Assembly: GCA_041687695.1 (NCBI GenBank)
Contig: JAWLBL010000018.1
Span: 1-64,000 of the forward strand
Source of the DNA: Myxococcota bacterium
Lineage (GTDB): Bacteria > Myxococcota_A > UBA9042 > PHBI01 > JAWLBL01
DNA: 64,000 bases
Reading direction: 5' to 3'
Shown: positions 19,146 to 30,110 of the stretch, piece by piece
Numbering within the stretch: the stretch's first letter is position 1
How the letters are laid out: each line of letters begins with the position of its first letter
Program-made: the position numbers and the translations under genes
The notes under the pieces: model-generated
What the model saw: only the letters and a program-made list of their open reading frames with translations
Databases searched by the model: none
What the model was told of the DNA's origin: nothing

Positions 19146-20486
19146 TCAGAGGATGTAGTTCTCGAGCTTGGGGTCCTCGATGACGTCCCTCAGCGCGGAC
19201 TCCACGTACCCCTGATCGACCGTGACTGTCACGCCGTTCATGTCGGGCGCGTTGAAGGAGACCTCCTCGAGCAGGCGCTCCATCACCGTGTGCAGGCGCC
19301 GGGCGCCGATGTTCTCCTGGCGCTCGTTGACCGAGAACGCCATGCGCGCGATGGCGCGGATGCCGTCCTCGGTGAAGTCCACCTTGACGCCTTCGGTCGC
19401 CAGGAGCTCGGCGTACTGGCGCGTCAGCGAGTTCTCGGGCTCGCTCAGGATGCGGACGAAGTCCTCCTCGGTCAGGCTCTCGAGCTCGACCCGGATGGGG
19501 AAGCGCCCCTGCAGCTCGGGGATGAGGTCCGAGACCTGCGCGACGTGGAAGGCGCCCGCCGCGATGAACAGGATGTGGTCGGTCTTCACCATGCCATGCT
19601 TGGTGTTGACCGTGGAGCCCTCGACGATGGGCAGCAGATCCCGCTGCACGCCCTCGCGGCTGACGTCCGGCCCCTGCGCGGCGCCCTGGCGGCCGGCGAC
19701 CTTGTCGATCTCGTCGAGGAAGATGATGCCGCTCTGCTGAACGCGCGTCAGCGCCTCGCCGACCACCTTGTCCTGGTCGACCAGCTTGTCGGCCTCCTGC
19801 GCGACCAGCACCCGCCGCGCCTCCTTGACCGGGATGCGCCGCCGCTTGGTCTTCTGCGGCAGGAACTGCGAGAAGGTGTCCCGCAGGTTGTTGCCCATCT
19901 CCTCCATGCCCGCGCCGGCGAACATGTCCAGCATCGGCATCGACGTCTCGGTCGACTCGACCTCGACCTCGCGCTCGTCGAGGTGCCCCTCGCGCAGCAG
20001 GCGCCGCAGCTTCTCGCGCGTCCCGCTCGAGGTCTCGCTCTCCTCGTAGCTGGGCTTGCGCCCCGGCAGCAGCAGCTCGAGCAGCCGCTCCTCGGCCAGC
20101 TCCTCGGCCCGCGCCTGCACCCGCTCGCGCTCCTCCTCCTGCACCAGCTTGATGGCCACCTCGGTCAGATCCCGGATCATCGACTCGACGTCGCGCCCGA
20201 CGTAGCCCACCTCGGTGAACTTGCTGGCCTCGATCTTGATGAACGGCGCCTTGGCCAGCTTGGCCAGCCGCCGCGCGATCTCGGTCTTACCCACGCCCGT
20301 CGGTCCGATCATGATGATGTTCTTGGGCGAGATCTCGTCGCGCAGCTCCTCGGGGACCTGCTGCCGCCGCCAGCGGTTGCGCAGCGCGATGGCCACCGAC
20401 CGCTTGGCCTTGCCCTGGCCGACGATGTAGCGGTCCAGCTCGCCCACGAGCTGCCGCGGAGTCAGGTTCGCGCTGTCGTTCATCAC
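19146..20486 (-). CDS. hslU: ATP-dependent protease ATPase subunit HslU
   Basis: [44 protein letters not shown]. Confidence 0.98.
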   Translation of the reverse strand: MMNDSANLTPRQLVGELDRYIVGQGKAKRSVAIALRNRWRRQQVPEELRDEISPKNIIMIGPTGVGKTEIARRLAKLAKAPFIKIEASKFTEVGYVGRDVESMIRDLTEVAIKLVQEEERERVQARAEELAEERLLELLLPGRKPSYEESETSSGTREKLRRLLREGHLDEREVEVESTETSMPMLDMFAGAGMEEMGNNLRDTFSQFLPQKTKRRRIPVKEARRVLVAQEADKLVDQDKVVGEALTRVQQSGIIFLDEIDKVAGRQGAAQGPDVSREGVQRDLLPIVEGSTVNTKHGMVKTDHILFIAAGAFHVAQVSDLIPELQGRFPIRVELESLTEEDFVRILSEPENSLTRQYAELLATEGVKVDFTEDGIRAIARMAFSVNERQENIGARRLHTVMERLLEEVSFNAPDMNGVTVTVDQGYVESALRDVIEDPKLENYIL

Positions 20487-21049
20487 TGTCCCTCGCCCTT
20501 CGCCGGCCCGCCGATCTCCTCGATCGTCAGATTACGGTTGGTGTAGATGCACACGTCCGCCGCGATGGCCATCGCCTCCTCGGCGATGCGCCGCGCGTCC
20601 AGGTCGGTGTGCCGGATGAGCGCCAGCGCCGCCGACTCGGCGTACTTGCCGCCCGACCCGACCGCGATGACGCCCTGGTCCGGCTCGACCACGTCGCCCG
20701 ACCCGGTCAGGACCAGCGTCTCGGTGGCGTCGGCCGCGATCATCATCGCCTCGAGCCGCCGCAGCGCCCGGTCCATGCGCCAGTCCTTGGCCAGCTCGAC
20801 CGCCGAACGCCGCAGGTTGCCGCTGTAGGCCTTGAGCTTGGCCTCGAACCGCTCGAACAGCGTGAACGCGTCCGCCGTGCTGCCCGCGAACCCGATGACC
20901 ACCTGGTCGCCGTACAGGCGCCGCACCTTCTTGGCGCCCGCCTTCATCACCGTGCTGCCCAGGGTCACCTGCCCGTCGCCGGCCACCACCACGTGCCCGT
21001 CCCGGCGCACCGCCAGGATGGTCGTGCCGTGCATCGTCGTCTCACTCAT
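20483..21049 (-). CDS. hslV: ATP-dependent protease subunit HslV
   Basis: [28 protein letters not shown]. Confidence 0.98.
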   Translation of the reverse strand: MSETTMHGTTILAVRRDGHVVVAGDGQVTLGSTVMKAGAKKVRRLYGDQVVIGFAGSTADAFTLFERFEAKLKAYSGNLRRSAVELAKDWRMDRALRRLEAMMIAADATETLVLTGSGDVVEPDQGVIAVGSGGKYAESAALALIRHTDLDARRIAEEAMAIAADVCIYTNRNLTIEEIGGPAKGEGQ

Positions 21050-22028
21050 CGTCGGGGTCCTCGCTGGGGTCGTAGGCTTCGGGGGGTAGGTCGGGCTGGC
21101 GGTGGACGACGGCCCGGGGGTGCGCGGCGTCGTACACGCGCACGAGCTGCTCGACCGACACGTGGGTGTAGATCTGCGTCGTGGAGATGCTCGCGTGCCC
21201 CAGGAGCTCCTGGATATGGCGAAGATCCACGCCGCTGTCGAGGAGGTGGGTCGCGAAGGCGTGCCGGATGAGGTGCGGGTGGACGTGCCGCCCGGCGGCG
21301 CAGCGCAGGACCGCCTGGTCGATGATCCGGCGCACGCTGCGGTCGGTCAGCCGCCCGCCGCGCAGGTTCAGCAGCAGGGCGCCGTGGTCTCGCGAGTAGC
21401 CGCCGGCGCCCAGCAGCTCGCCGCGCCGGGGCAGCCAGGCGCGGATCGCCGCCGCGCAGCGCGCGTGGATGGGCACGTCGCGCGTCTTGCGCCCCTTTCC
21501 GGTCACGCGGACGCGCCGGCCGTCGAGATCCAGGTCGCGCACGTCCAGGCCGACCAGCTCGCCCACGCGCACCCCGGCCGCATACAGCAGCTCGAGGATG
21601 ACCCGGTCGCGCAGCCCCGCCGCGCTGTCGCCGGGCGGCGCCTCGAGCAGCGCCACCACGTCGTCGACGGGCAGCGTCTCGGGCAGCGGGCGCCCCGCGC
21701 GTGGGTTGGCGATACCGTCCATGGGCGAGTCGTCCCGAGTCCCCTCGACCTGCAGCCACCGGAAGAAGCCCCGCAACGTGCTGAGCTTGCGGCTGACGGT
21801 CCGGGCCGCGTTCCGCCGCGCGAGGTCGGCAACGTAGGCACGCACCTCGTGGCGGTCAACGCGGGCCACGGCCTTGCCGCCGCGGTGCTCCTCCAGGAAG
21901 GCCGCGAAGTCGGCCAGATCCCCCTCGGTGGCGCGCAGAGTGTGCGGCGAGGCGTTCCTCACCGCGCGCAGGTGCTTCAAGTAGGCGCCCGGCGCGCCCG
22001 CGTCGGTCTCTTGGCTGGCTGTGGGCAT
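21042..22028 (-). CDS. xerC: Tyrosine recombinase XerC
   Basis: R-K-H-R-H-Y catalytic set (GVRVGEL, GKGRK, HLIRH, LGH, TQIY); xerC-hslVU synteny. Confidence 0.9.
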   Translation of the reverse strand: MPTASQETDAGAPGAYLKHLRAVRNASPHTLRATEGDLADFAAFLEEHRGGKAVARVDRHEVRAYVADLARRNAARTVSRKLSTLRGFFRWLQVEGTRDDSPMDGIANPRAGRPLPETLPVDDVVALLEAPPGDSAAGLRDRVILELLYAAGVRVGELVGLDVRDLDLDGRRVRVTGKGRKTRDVPIHARCAAAIRAWLPRRGELLGAGGYSRDHGALLLNLRGGRLTDRSVRRIIDQAVLRCAAGRHVHPHLIRHAFATHLLDSGVDLRHIQELLGHASISTTQIYTHVSVEQLVRVYDAAHPRAVVHRQPDLPPEAYDPSEDPDDE

Positions 22029-22110
22029 CGCGTCGCCTCCCGCGCTCGGCGCGCGTATGCTATGCCCGTCGCGCGTCGCCGCCACGAAACCCACCCGCGG
22101 AGCCTCCGAG

Positions 22111-22500
22111 ATGTCGATCTTCGACCGCCTCGCTCGCCTGGCCAAGTCCGAGCTCAACCACCTGGCCGACAAGGTCTCGCAACGCGCCCAACGTCACCCG
22201 AGGCGCGACGAGCAGGCCGCCCCCGAGGAGGAGGTCGAGACCGGCCCGCGCTCGGGCGCGACCAGCGGCGCCGGCGGCCGCTTCCCCAAGGAGATCCGCG
22301 ACGCCTACGCCGCGCTGGAGCTGCCGCTGGGCGCCGACCGCGAGGCCGTCAAGAAGGCCTACCGCGAGCTGCTGCGCCGCTATCACCCCGACAAGCACCA
22401 GGCCGACCCGGCGCGCGCCGCGACCGCGACCGACCTGACACGCCAGCTGACCGAAGCGCAGCGCCGCCTGCTCGCCTGGCTCGAGGCCCAGGGCAAGTAG
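22111..22500 (+). CDS. Small J-domain (DnaJ-like) protein
   Basis: VKKAYRELLRRYHPDK. Confidence 0.88.
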   Translation: MSIFDRLARLAKSELNHLADKVSQRAQRHPRRDEQAAPEEEVETGPRSGATSGAGGRFPKEIRDAYAALELPLGADREAVKKAYRELLRRYHPDKHQADPARAATATDLTRQLTEAQRRLLAWLEAQGK

Positions 22501-22512
22501 CGCAGGGCCCGC

Positions 22513-23043
22513 TCAGGGCGTCGCCACGCCGGTGCCCATCGCCCAGCCGAAGGTGATCCCGGCCGAGGCCTCGGACGGCTGGTCGGTCAGCCGGGTGTCG
22601 TAGCCGATCCACAACCCGACGTAGGGCCCCGTCCCGAAGAAGCCGCGGCGCTTGCGGCCGGCGGCGTCGAACAGCGCCAGCCCGGCCTCGGCGAAGGGGC
22701 TGGCCATGCCGAAGCCGAAGGCGCCGTCGACCCGCTCGAACTGCAGGAAGTGGGTGCCCACGCGCAGGTAGGGGCTGGGACCGTCGGCCAGGGCCGTCAC
22801 GAACAGGTGGCTGCCGCCGGCGAGCTGCTGGACGTTCTCGGTGACGCGGGCGCGCGCCGACAGGCCGAGCCCCATCACGAAGGACGCGTCGCTCAGGCCG
22901 AAGCCGGCGTGGCCCTGCGCCTCGACGCCCAGACGCCCGGGGCGGTCGTCGAGCCCCGCGACGCCGCCGCCGCCCACCTGATAGAGCAGCCCGCAGCCGC
23001 TGAGCAGCGGCGCCGCCGCCCACGTGAGGAGCGCGCGTCTCAC
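22513..23043 (-). CDS. Small hypothetical lipoprotein, beta-strand-rich
   Basis: GTG overlaps the tex stop (GTGA); lipobox LSGC; amphipathic strands. Confidence 0.65.
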   Translation of the reverse strand: MRRALLTWAAAPLLSGCGLLYQVGGGGVAGLDDRPGRLGVEAQGHAGFGLSDASFVMGLGLSARARVTENVQQLAGGSHLFVTALADGPSPYLRVGTHFLQFERVDGAFGFGMASPFAEAGLALFDAAGRKRRGFFGTGPYVGLWIGYDTRLTDQPSEASAGITFGWAMGTGVATP

Positions 23044-25217
23044 TTGGCCCCCTTGGCGGTCAGGGCGATGCGCTTGCGCGCCCGGTCGACCTCGAGCACC
23101 CGCACCGTCAGCCGGTCGCCGACCTTCACCACGTCGTGCGGGTTCTTCACGAAGCGGTCGGCCAGCTGCGAGATGTGGACCAGCCCGTCCTGGTGCACGC
23201 CCACGTCGACGAAGGCCCCGAAGGCCGTCACGTTGGTCACCACCCCCTCCAGCGTCATGCCCTCGCGCAGGTCCGCGATGTCGTTCACGTCGTCGCGGAA
23301 GGCCGGCGGCTCGAAGCGCTTGCGCGGGTCGCGCCCCGGCTTGGCCAGCTCGTCGACGATGTCGCGCAGCGTCGGCTCGCCCACCTCGTCCGTGACGTAG
23401 CGACCCGGCTCGATGCGCGCCGCCAGCTCGGCGTCGCCCACCAGCCGCTCCAGCGGCACCCGCAGGTCCTTGGCGATGCGCTCGACCACGCCGTAGCGCT
23501 CGGGGTGCACCGCCGACCGGTCCAGCGGGTGCCGCCCGTCGCGCACCCGCAGAAAGCCCGCCGCCAGCTCGAAGGCCTTGGGCCCCAGGCCGCCGACCTT
23601 CTTCAGCTCGGCCCGGCTGGCGAAGGCGCCCTTGTCCTGCCGGTGGGCCACGATCTTCTTGGCCAGCGAGGGCCCGACCCCCGACACGTACGACAAGAGC
23701 GGCGCCGACGCCGTGTTCAGCTCGACGCCGACCCGGTTCACCGCCGACTCGACCACCTCGCCCAGCTTCCTGGCCAGCAGCGTCTGCGACACGTCGTGCT
23801 GGTACTGCCCGACCCCGATGGCCTTGGGCTCGACCTTGACCAGCTCGGCCAGCGGGTCCTGCAGCCGCCGCGCGATCGAGATGGCGCCGCGCACCGTCAG
23901 ATCCAGGTCCGGGAACTCGTCGCGGGCCAGATCCGACGCGCTGTAGACCGACGCGCCGGCCTCGCTGACCGACACCACGAGCAGGTCGTCCAGCCCCGCC
24001 TCCTGCTTCACGCGACGCACCAGCTGCTCGGTCTCGCGCCCGCCGGTCCCGTTGCCGACCGCCACCGCTTTGGGCCGGTGCTTGCGCACAAGCGCCGCCA
24101 GCTCGCGCCGCGCCCGCTCCTCGTCGCCGGCGCCGCGGAACGGATAGATGGTCAGGTGCTCGACGAAGCGCCCGGTCGCGTCGACCGCCGCGCACTTGCA
24201 GCCGGTCCGCAGCCCCGGGTCGATGCCCACCACCGGCTCGGCCCCGAGCGGCGCCGCCATCAGCAGGTTGCCCAGGTTCTCGGCAAAGACCTGCACCGCC
24301 TCGGCGTGCGCCCACGCCTCGACGTCGCCGCGCACCTCGGTCTCGACCGACGGGGCCAGCCGGCGCTTGAACGCCTCGCCGACGCCGGCCCGCAGCTCGC
24401 CCGCGAAGGGCGACCGCTCGTCCAGCCCGACGCGCCGCTCGATCCGCGGCAGCAGCCGGTCGGCCTCGACCTCGAGCTTCACCTTCAGGACGCCCTGCGC
24501 CTCGCCGCGGGCCAGCGCCAGGTAGCGATGCGCCGGCAGGCGGCCGATGGGCTCGGCGAAGTCGTAGTAGTCCTCGAAGGGCGTGCGCTCGCTGGCCTTG
24601 TCCTTGACCACCGCGCTGCGCACCACCGACTGCTTGGCGAAGACCTCGCGCACCATGGCGCGCACGTCGGCCCGCTCGCTGACGACCTCTGCCACGATCT
24701 CGCGCGCGCCGTCCAGCGCCGCCGCGACGTCCGGCACCTCGCGCGCGGCGTCGACGAAGCGGCGCGCCTCGGCCTCGGGGCTGCCCGTCCGCGGCTGCTG
24801 CAGGATGCGCTCGGCCAGCGGCCCGAGGCCCCGCTCGCGGGCGATGGTGGCCTTGGTGCGCCGCTTGGGCTTGAACGGCAGGTACAGATCCTCGAGCTCG
24901 GCCTTGGTGCGGCAGGCCTCGAGGCGCCGCCGCAGCTCGGGGTCGAGCTTGCCCTGCTCGGCGATGCTCTGCAGGACCGCCGCGCGCCGGTCCTCGAGCT
25001 CGCGCAGGTAGCCGTGGCGCTCCTCGATGGCGCGGATCTGGACCTCGTCGAGGCCGCCCGTGCGCTCCTTGCGGTAGCGCGCGATGAAGGGGACGGTCGC
25101 CTTGTCGGCCAGCAGGGCCAGCGTCTCGGCGACCCCGCGCTCGGGCAGGGCCAGATCGCGCGCGACCTGGGCGGCCAGATCCGGCCCTGGACGGGATGGG
25201 GAGGTGGGCTGCGTCAT
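23040..25217 (-). CDS. tex: Tex (YhgF) RNA-binding transcription accessory protein
   Basis: TVPFIARYRKE, GIDPGLRTGCK, AIGVGQYQHDV, C-terminal S1 domain. Confidence 0.96.
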   Translation of the reverse strand: MTQPTSPSRPGPDLAAQVARDLALPERGVAETLALLADKATVPFIARYRKERTGGLDEVQIRAIEERHGYLRELEDRRAAVLQSIAEQGKLDPELRRRLEACRTKAELEDLYLPFKPKRRTKATIARERGLGPLAERILQQPRTGSPEAEARRFVDAAREVPDVAAALDGAREIVAEVVSERADVRAMVREVFAKQSVVRSAVVKDKASERTPFEDYYDFAEPIGRLPAHRYLALARGEAQGVLKVKLEVEADRLLPRIERRVGLDERSPFAGELRAGVGEAFKRRLAPSVETEVRGDVEAWAHAEAVQVFAENLGNLLMAAPLGAEPVVGIDPGLRTGCKCAAVDATGRFVEHLTIYPFRGAGDEERARRELAALVRKHRPKAVAVGNGTGGRETEQLVRRVKQEAGLDDLLVVSVSEAGASVYSASDLARDEFPDLDLTVRGAISIARRLQDPLAELVKVEPKAIGVGQYQHDVSQTLLARKLGEVVESAVNRVGVELNTASAPLLSYVSGVGPSLAKKIVAHRQDKGAFASRAELKKVGGLGPKAFELAAGFLRVRDGRHPLDRSAVHPERYGVVERIAKDLRVPLERLVGDAELAARIEPGRYVTDEVGEPTLRDIVDELAKPGRDPRKRFEPPAFRDDVNDIADLREGMTLEGVVTNVTAFGAFVDVGVHQDGLVHISQLADRFVKNPHDVVKVGDRLTVRVLEVDRARKRIALTAKGAK

Positions 25218-25256
25218 GCGCGCTCCCTACCCTCGCCGGGCCGAGACGGCAACCGC

Positions 25257-26783
25257 CTAGCGGATCTCTACGTTCTCGACGTGCAGATCCTCGCGCGGGA
25301 CGACACGGATCTCGGCCTTGTGCTCGCGCTCGAGATCCGTCAGCTCGTCCTGGTACTCCTCGATGAGCAGCTCGGTGACCTTGGGGTGCGCGTGGATGCT
25401 CAGCTGCTGCTGGGGCTCGCGCGTCAGCTGCTGGCGGACGCGGCGCATCAGCTCGTCCACCACCACCCAGGCCGCCTTCAGGTAGCCCTGCCCGTCGCAG
25501 TACATGCACGGCTCGGTCAGCGTCGACACGATCGACTCGCGCACGCGCTTGCGCGTCATCTCGATGAGCCCCAGCTGGCTCATCGGCAGCACCTTGGTGG
25601 TCGCCTTGTCGGCGCTCAGCGCCTCGACCAGCGCCTCGTGGACGCGCTCGCGGTTGTCGGGCGACTCCATGTCGATGAAGTCGATGACGATGATCCCGCC
25701 GATGTCGCGGAAGCGCAGCTGGTAGGCGATCTCGCGCACCGCCTCGAGGTTCACCTCGAAGATGGTCTGCTCGAAGTTGGCCTTGCCGACGTTGCGGCCG
25801 CTGTTGACGTCGATGGCGGTCAGCGCCTCGGTGCGGTCGATGATGATGTAGCCGCCCGACTTGAGCCACACCCGCCGCCGCATGGCGCGGCTGATCTCCC
25901 ACTCGAGCCCGAAGCGCTCGAACAGCGTGTCCGGACCCGACCAGGTCTCGACCGACTGCTCGAACTGCGGCATGAACCGCGCGACGAACTGCCGGACGCG
26001 CTCGGCCTCGTCCTCGCTGTCGACCAGCACCCGGTCGTCCTCGCTGGTCAGCAGATCCCGGACCGAGCGCAGGGTCACGTCGAGGTCCTCGTGCACCAGC
26101 TCGGGCGCCCGCAGCTTCTCGGCGCGCGTGCGGACGTCGTCCCACAGGCGCCGGAGGAAGGTCAGGTCCTCGCGCAGATCCTCCTCGCCCTGCCCTTCGG
26201 CGACCGTGCGCAGGATGAGCCCGCCGCTGTCGGGCGCGATGCGCTCGGCGATCTCCTTGAGGCGCGCCCGCTCGTCCGCGTCGCCGATGCGCCGCGAGAT
26301 GCCCAGGTGCTCGACCGTCGGCAGGTAGACCACGTGCCGCCCGGGCAGGCTGATGTGGGCGGTCAGCCGCGCGCCCTTGGTGCCGATGGGCTCCTTGGCG
26401 ACCTGCACCAGGATCTCTTGCCCGACCTTCAGCACCTCGGCGATGGGCGGGTACTTCTCGCCGCGCCCGGCCGCCGCCTCGCTGACGTCCTCGTCGCCGT
26501 CGGGCGTCGGCCCGCCGCCCCCCTCGTCGACGCCGACCGGCTTGTCCGGCCGCACGTAGTCGCCGACGAACAGGAAGCCCGTGCGCGACAGGCCCACCTC
26601 GACGAACGCCGACTGCATCCCGGGCAGCACGCGCACGACGCGGCCCTTGTAGATGTTGCCGACGAGCGTGCGCTCCTTGAAGCGCTCGAAGAACAGCTCG
26701 GTGGTGAGCCCGTTCTCGATGAGGGCGACCCGCCGCTCATCGGGGCGGCAGTTGATGAGCAGCAGGCGCTTCATGGTGGTCAT
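25257..26783 (-). CDS. rng: Rne/Rng-family ribonuclease (RNase G-like)
   Basis: GNIYKGRV, KEPIGTKGARLT, AIDVNSG, GGIIVIDFIDM, EMTRKR, CxxCxG. Confidence 0.93.
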   Translation of the reverse strand: MTTMKRLLLINCRPDERRVALIENGLTTELFFERFKERTLVGNIYKGRVVRVLPGMQSAFVEVGLSRTGFLFVGDYVRPDKPVGVDEGGGGPTPDGDEDVSEAAAGRGEKYPPIAEVLKVGQEILVQVAKEPIGTKGARLTAHISLPGRHVVYLPTVEHLGISRRIGDADERARLKEIAERIAPDSGGLILRTVAEGQGEEDLREDLTFLRRLWDDVRTRAEKLRAPELVHEDLDVTLRSVRDLLTSEDDRVLVDSEDEAERVRQFVARFMPQFEQSVETWSGPDTLFERFGLEWEISRAMRRRVWLKSGGYIIIDRTEALTAIDVNSGRNVGKANFEQTIFEVNLEAVREIAYQLRFRDIGGIIVIDFIDMESPDNRERVHEALVEALSADKATTKVLPMSQLGLIEMTRKRVRESIVSTLTEPCMYCDGQGYLKAAWVVVDELMRRVRQQLTREPQQQLSIHAHPKVTELLIEEYQDELTDLEREHKAEIRVVPREDLHVENVEIR

Positions 26784-27997
26784 TACTGGAACAACACGTC
26801 GAAGTTGCCCTCGGTGACCTCGATCTCTTCGCCGGCGGGCGTGCGCAGCGTCGCGCTGAACGAGCCGGTGAGGCGGCTGCCCGGCCCGTTGTTGGTCGCG
26901 AGGGTCAGGTCGTACAGGACGCTGCCGTGGCTGAAGCCCTCGGGGCAGCCGGGGGCGCCGCCGGCGACCAGGCCGCCGTCGTAGTAGCAGATCACCACGC
27001 CGACCTCGCCCTCGTCGGTGTCGGTCCACTTGCCGACGTTGAACTTGTCGATGGGGGCGATGTTGATCTCGAGCTTCCGGCCGCTGAGGCCGGCGCTCAT
27101 CTTCAGGTTCTGGTCGACGGCGATGTAGTCGGCGCGGCCGTTGAAGTCGAACTTGGTCTTCACGCCGGCGAACTTGGCCTCGATGAAGGAGATCTTCTCG
27201 AGGGGCGGGATGAAGACCTCCTTGACGTCGGTGCCCGTGGTGTCGGTCGCCGCGGCGTCGTCCTGCACGTCCCCGCTGGTCGCGTCGCCCTCGGGCAGGT
27301 CGTCGACGCCGGCCACCTTGGCCTGGCAGAAGCCGCTCTTGCAGATCTGGGGCGAGGCGCAGGTCGTCTTCGTCTCGCCGGCGCCGATGGCGTCGCAGAC
27401 GTAGCTGTCGTCGCCGTCGCAGCGGGCCGCGCCCGGGGCGCACGCGCGGTCGACGCAGGCCGCGGCGCCGTCCGTGTCGCCGCAGATCTGGCCTGCGCCG
27501 CAGGGCGTGGCGGTCCAGGCGCCGCCCTGGCAGGTCGCGAGGGTGTAGGGATCGCCGCAGCGGACGTCGCCGTCGGTGCAGGTCGCAGGCAGGCAGGCGC
27601 CGGCGGCGCAGACCTCGCTGGCGCCGCAGTCGCGGGCCGCGGCCTGGCTGCTGCCGTTGGCGCTGCACTCGACCAGCTGGCCGCCGGTGCAGCTGCCGGA
27701 CGACGGCGCGCACTTGCCTTGGGCGCAGGCGCCGGAGGGGGCGCAGTAGCTGCCGGGCAGGCAGTTGGTGTAGGCCCAGGCCTTGCCGTCCTGGGCGCAG
27801 GTGGCGAGGGTCTGGCCGATGCACTTGCTCTCGGGCACGGTGCACAGGCTGGTGACGGTGGCGGGGGTGCTGGCGTCGCTACCGCAACCCGGGGCGGCGA
27901 CGAGACACAGGGCCAGGGTCAGGGCGTAGAAGGTGCGGGCGGGGGCGCGGAATGGCGCGCGGGCGCGCGGGCTTCGAACGGGGGGCTGGGGTCGCAT
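26783..27997 (-). CDS. Cys-rich repeat lipoprotein
   Basis: Lipobox APGC; tandem Cys-rich modules; stop overlaps the rng start (TAATG). Confidence 0.8.
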   Translation of the reverse strand: MRPQPPVRSPRARAPFRAPARTFYALTLALCLVAAPGCGSDASTPATVTSLCTVPESKCIGQTLATCAQDGKAWAYTNCLPGSYCAPSGACAQGKCAPSSGSCTGGQLVECSANGSSQAAARDCGASEVCAAGACLPATCTDGDVRCGDPYTLATCQGGAWTATPCGAGQICGDTDGAAACVDRACAPGAARCDGDDSYVCDAIGAGETKTTCASPQICKSGFCQAKVAGVDDLPEGDATSGDVQDDAAATDTTGTDVKEVFIPPLEKISFIEAKFAGVKTKFDFNGRADYIAVDQNLKMSAGLSGRKLEINIAPIDKFNVGKWTDTDEGEVGVVICYYDGGLVAGGAPGCPEGFSHGSVLYDLTLATNNGPGSRLTGSFSATLRTPAGEEIEVTEGNFDVLFQ

Positions 27998-28110
27998 GCA
28001 TCCTCGGGTCGGGGCGGGTGGCGTCTGCCGGCGGCAGCGCGCCCATCCAAAAGGCGCGCAAGGGTAACACGGCCGCGAAGCTCGGCGCAATGGGCTCGGC
28101 GCCGGTTACT

Positions 28111-28126
28111 AGCAATATCCATACCA
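28111..28126 (-). promoter_or_regulatory. Sigma54 promoter divergent from rpoN
   Basis: Minus strand TGGTATGGATATTGCT: GG-N10-GC with TTGCT. Confidence 0.7.
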
Positions 28127-28228
28127 AACATCCTTCGGGGGCTTGTCCGGGACCCGACCCGGTGTTAGCATCGGGGTCGTCTCGGTGAGTGAAGCACCCC
28201 GTACGCGGGGCTGGAGGTCGGAGTCCCG

Positions 28229-29704
28229 ATGGAGCTGAAGCAGTACCTGAAGATGACGCAGCAGCTGGTGATGACGCCCCAGCTGCAGCAAGCCATCAAG
28301 CTGCTCCAGCTGTCGCGCGTCGAGCTGGCGGAGACGGTCCAGTCCGAGCTGCTCGAGAACCCGGTGCTCGAGGAGCACTACGACGGCGGCGGCGACGGTG
28401 GCGGCGGCGCCGGAGGCTTCGAGGACGCGACGTCGAGCGCCGTCCCCAGCAATGAGGGCCTGCGCGAGGACGTGACCTCGGCCACCGACAGCGGGCGCGA
28501 CAAGCGCGACGACCTCGACTGGGAGTCGTTCGTCGAGAACTACAACCAGTACAGCTACGCGCCGGGCGCGGCGGGGCCCATCCGCTACGGCGACGACGAC
28601 ATGCCGACGCTCGAGCAGACGCTGTCGAGCAAGACGAACCTGTTCGACCACCTCGAGTGGCAGCTCGGCCTGGTCCAGCTGACCGACGACGAGCGCGAGG
28701 TCGCCCACAGCCTCATCGGAAACATCAACGATGACGGCTACTTGCACCCAGAGGCCGTCGACGCCATCGCCGAGGACGCCGGCATGGAGGTCGACGAGGT
28801 CGAGGCCGTGCTCGAGGTCATCCAGGAGTTCGACCCGGTCGGCGTCGGGGCGCGCAACCTCAAGGAGTGCCTGCTGATCCAGGCCAAGCACTTCTACCCG
28901 CACGAGGACATCGTCCACGCCATCATCGAGCGCCACCTCGAGAACCTCGAGAAGCGCAACGTGCAGGCGGTGCTGCGGGACCTCGGCCTCGAGGTCGAGG
29001 ACCTGGCCGACGCCGCCTCGATCATCGCCAACCTCGAGCCCAAGCCCGGCCGCGGCTTCGGTTCGGACGACACGCAGTACATCACGCCCGACGTCTACGT
29101 GATGCGCGTCGGCGACGACTACATCGTCACGCTCAACGAGGACGGGCTGCCCAAGCTCAAGATCTCGAACTTCTACGAAAACCGCATCAAGGGCGGCGGG
29201 GCGAGCGGCGACGAGAAGAACTTCATCCAGGACAAGTTCCGCAGCGCGGTGTGGCTCATCCGCTCCATCCACCAGCGCCAGAACACCATCCGCAAGGTCA
29301 CCGAGTCGATCGTGCGCCACCAGCGCGAGTTCCTCGACAAGGGCGTCGGCTACCTGAAGCCGCTCATCCTCCGCGACATCGCCGAGGACGTCGGCATGCA
29401 CGAGTCGACCATCAGCCGCGTGACCACCAGCAAGTACGTCCACACCCCCCAAGGGCTCTTCGAGCTCAAGTACTTCTTCAACAGCCGCATCAGCAGCTCC
29501 ACCGGTGACGACCTCGCCTCCGAGAGCGTCAAGCAGCGGATCAAGCAGATGATCGGCCAGGAGGACCCGAACAAGCCCCTCTCCGACCAGAAGCTCTGCG
29601 ACATGCTGGCCGAGGAGGGGACCGAGATCGCGCGACGCACCGTCGCCAAGTACCGGGAGATGCTGGGGATCGCCCCTTCGTCCAAGCGCAAGAAGTTGTT
29701 CTAG
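28229..29704 (+). CDS. rpoN: RNA polymerase sigma-54 factor
   Basis: MTPQLQQAIKLLQLS, HESTISR, RpoN box ARRTVAKYRE. Confidence 0.99.
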   Translation: MELKQYLKMTQQLVMTPQLQQAIKLLQLSRVELAETVQSELLENPVLEEHYDGGGDGGGGAGGFEDATSSAVPSNEGLREDVTSATDSGRDKRDDLDWESFVENYNQYSYAPGAAGPIRYGDDDMPTLEQTLSSKTNLFDHLEWQLGLVQLTDDEREVAHSLIGNINDDGYLHPEAVDAIAEDAGMEVDEVEAVLEVIQEFDPVGVGARNLKECLLIQAKHFYPHEDIVHAIIERHLENLEKRNVQAVLRDLGLEVEDLADAASIIANLEPKPGRGFGSDDTQYITPDVYVMRVGDDYIVTLNEDGLPKLKISNFYENRIKGGGASGDEKNFIQDKFRSAVWLIRSIHQRQNTIRKVTESIVRHQREFLDKGVGYLKPLILRDIAEDVGMHESTISRVTTSKYVHTPQGLFELKYFFNSRISSSTGDDLASESVKQRIKQMIGQEDPNKPLSDQKLCDMLAEEGTEIARRTVAKYREMLGIAPSSKRKKLF

Positions 29705-29729
29705 TACTTCCCCCTGGAGCGGAGCCACC

Positions 29730-30071
29730 ATGAAGATCAGCTATACGTTTCGCCAGATGGACTCGAGCGAAGGCCTCAAGGAGCACACCGCGAGCAAGAT
29801 CGAGCGCCTCGGGCGGTTCGAGGATCGCGAGATGTCGGTGCACGTGATCTTCTCGCTGGAGAAGTTCCACAAGACCGTCGAGTTCCAGGTCTCGAGCTCC
29901 AGCGGGACGTTCGTGTCGAGCGAGACGCGCGAGGACATGTACGAGGCGATCGATCTGGCGATGGACAAGCTCGACCGGCAGCTCTCCAGGGACAAGGCCA
30001 AGCGCAAGCACCACAAGGGCCAGCAGCCGGCGACGCCGCGTGACGGCGAGGCGTTGCCCGCGGCCGAGTGA
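29730..30071 (+). CDS. hpf: Ribosome hibernation promoting factor
   Basis: DMYEAIDLAMDKLDRQL; downstream of rpoN. Confidence 0.93.
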   Translation: MKISYTFRQMDSSEGLKEHTASKIERLGRFEDREMSVHVIFSLEKFHKTVEFQVSSSSGTFVSSETREDMYEAIDLAMDKLDRQLSRDKAKRKHHKGQQPATPRDGEALPAAE

Positions 30072-30110
30072 GGCACGCATGATGGATGGCCGTCGCCCCG
30101 GAGCGCGCTC

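Noticed and set aside
21042..22028. Tyrosine recombinase as a prophage or island integrase
   Set aside because: Housekeeping xerC-hslVU context; no att sites or phage genes seen.
22513..26984. 1210-aa and 1282-aa ORFs
   Set aside because: Shadow frames of tex and rng; only 22513-23043 of the minus-strand ORF looks genuine.
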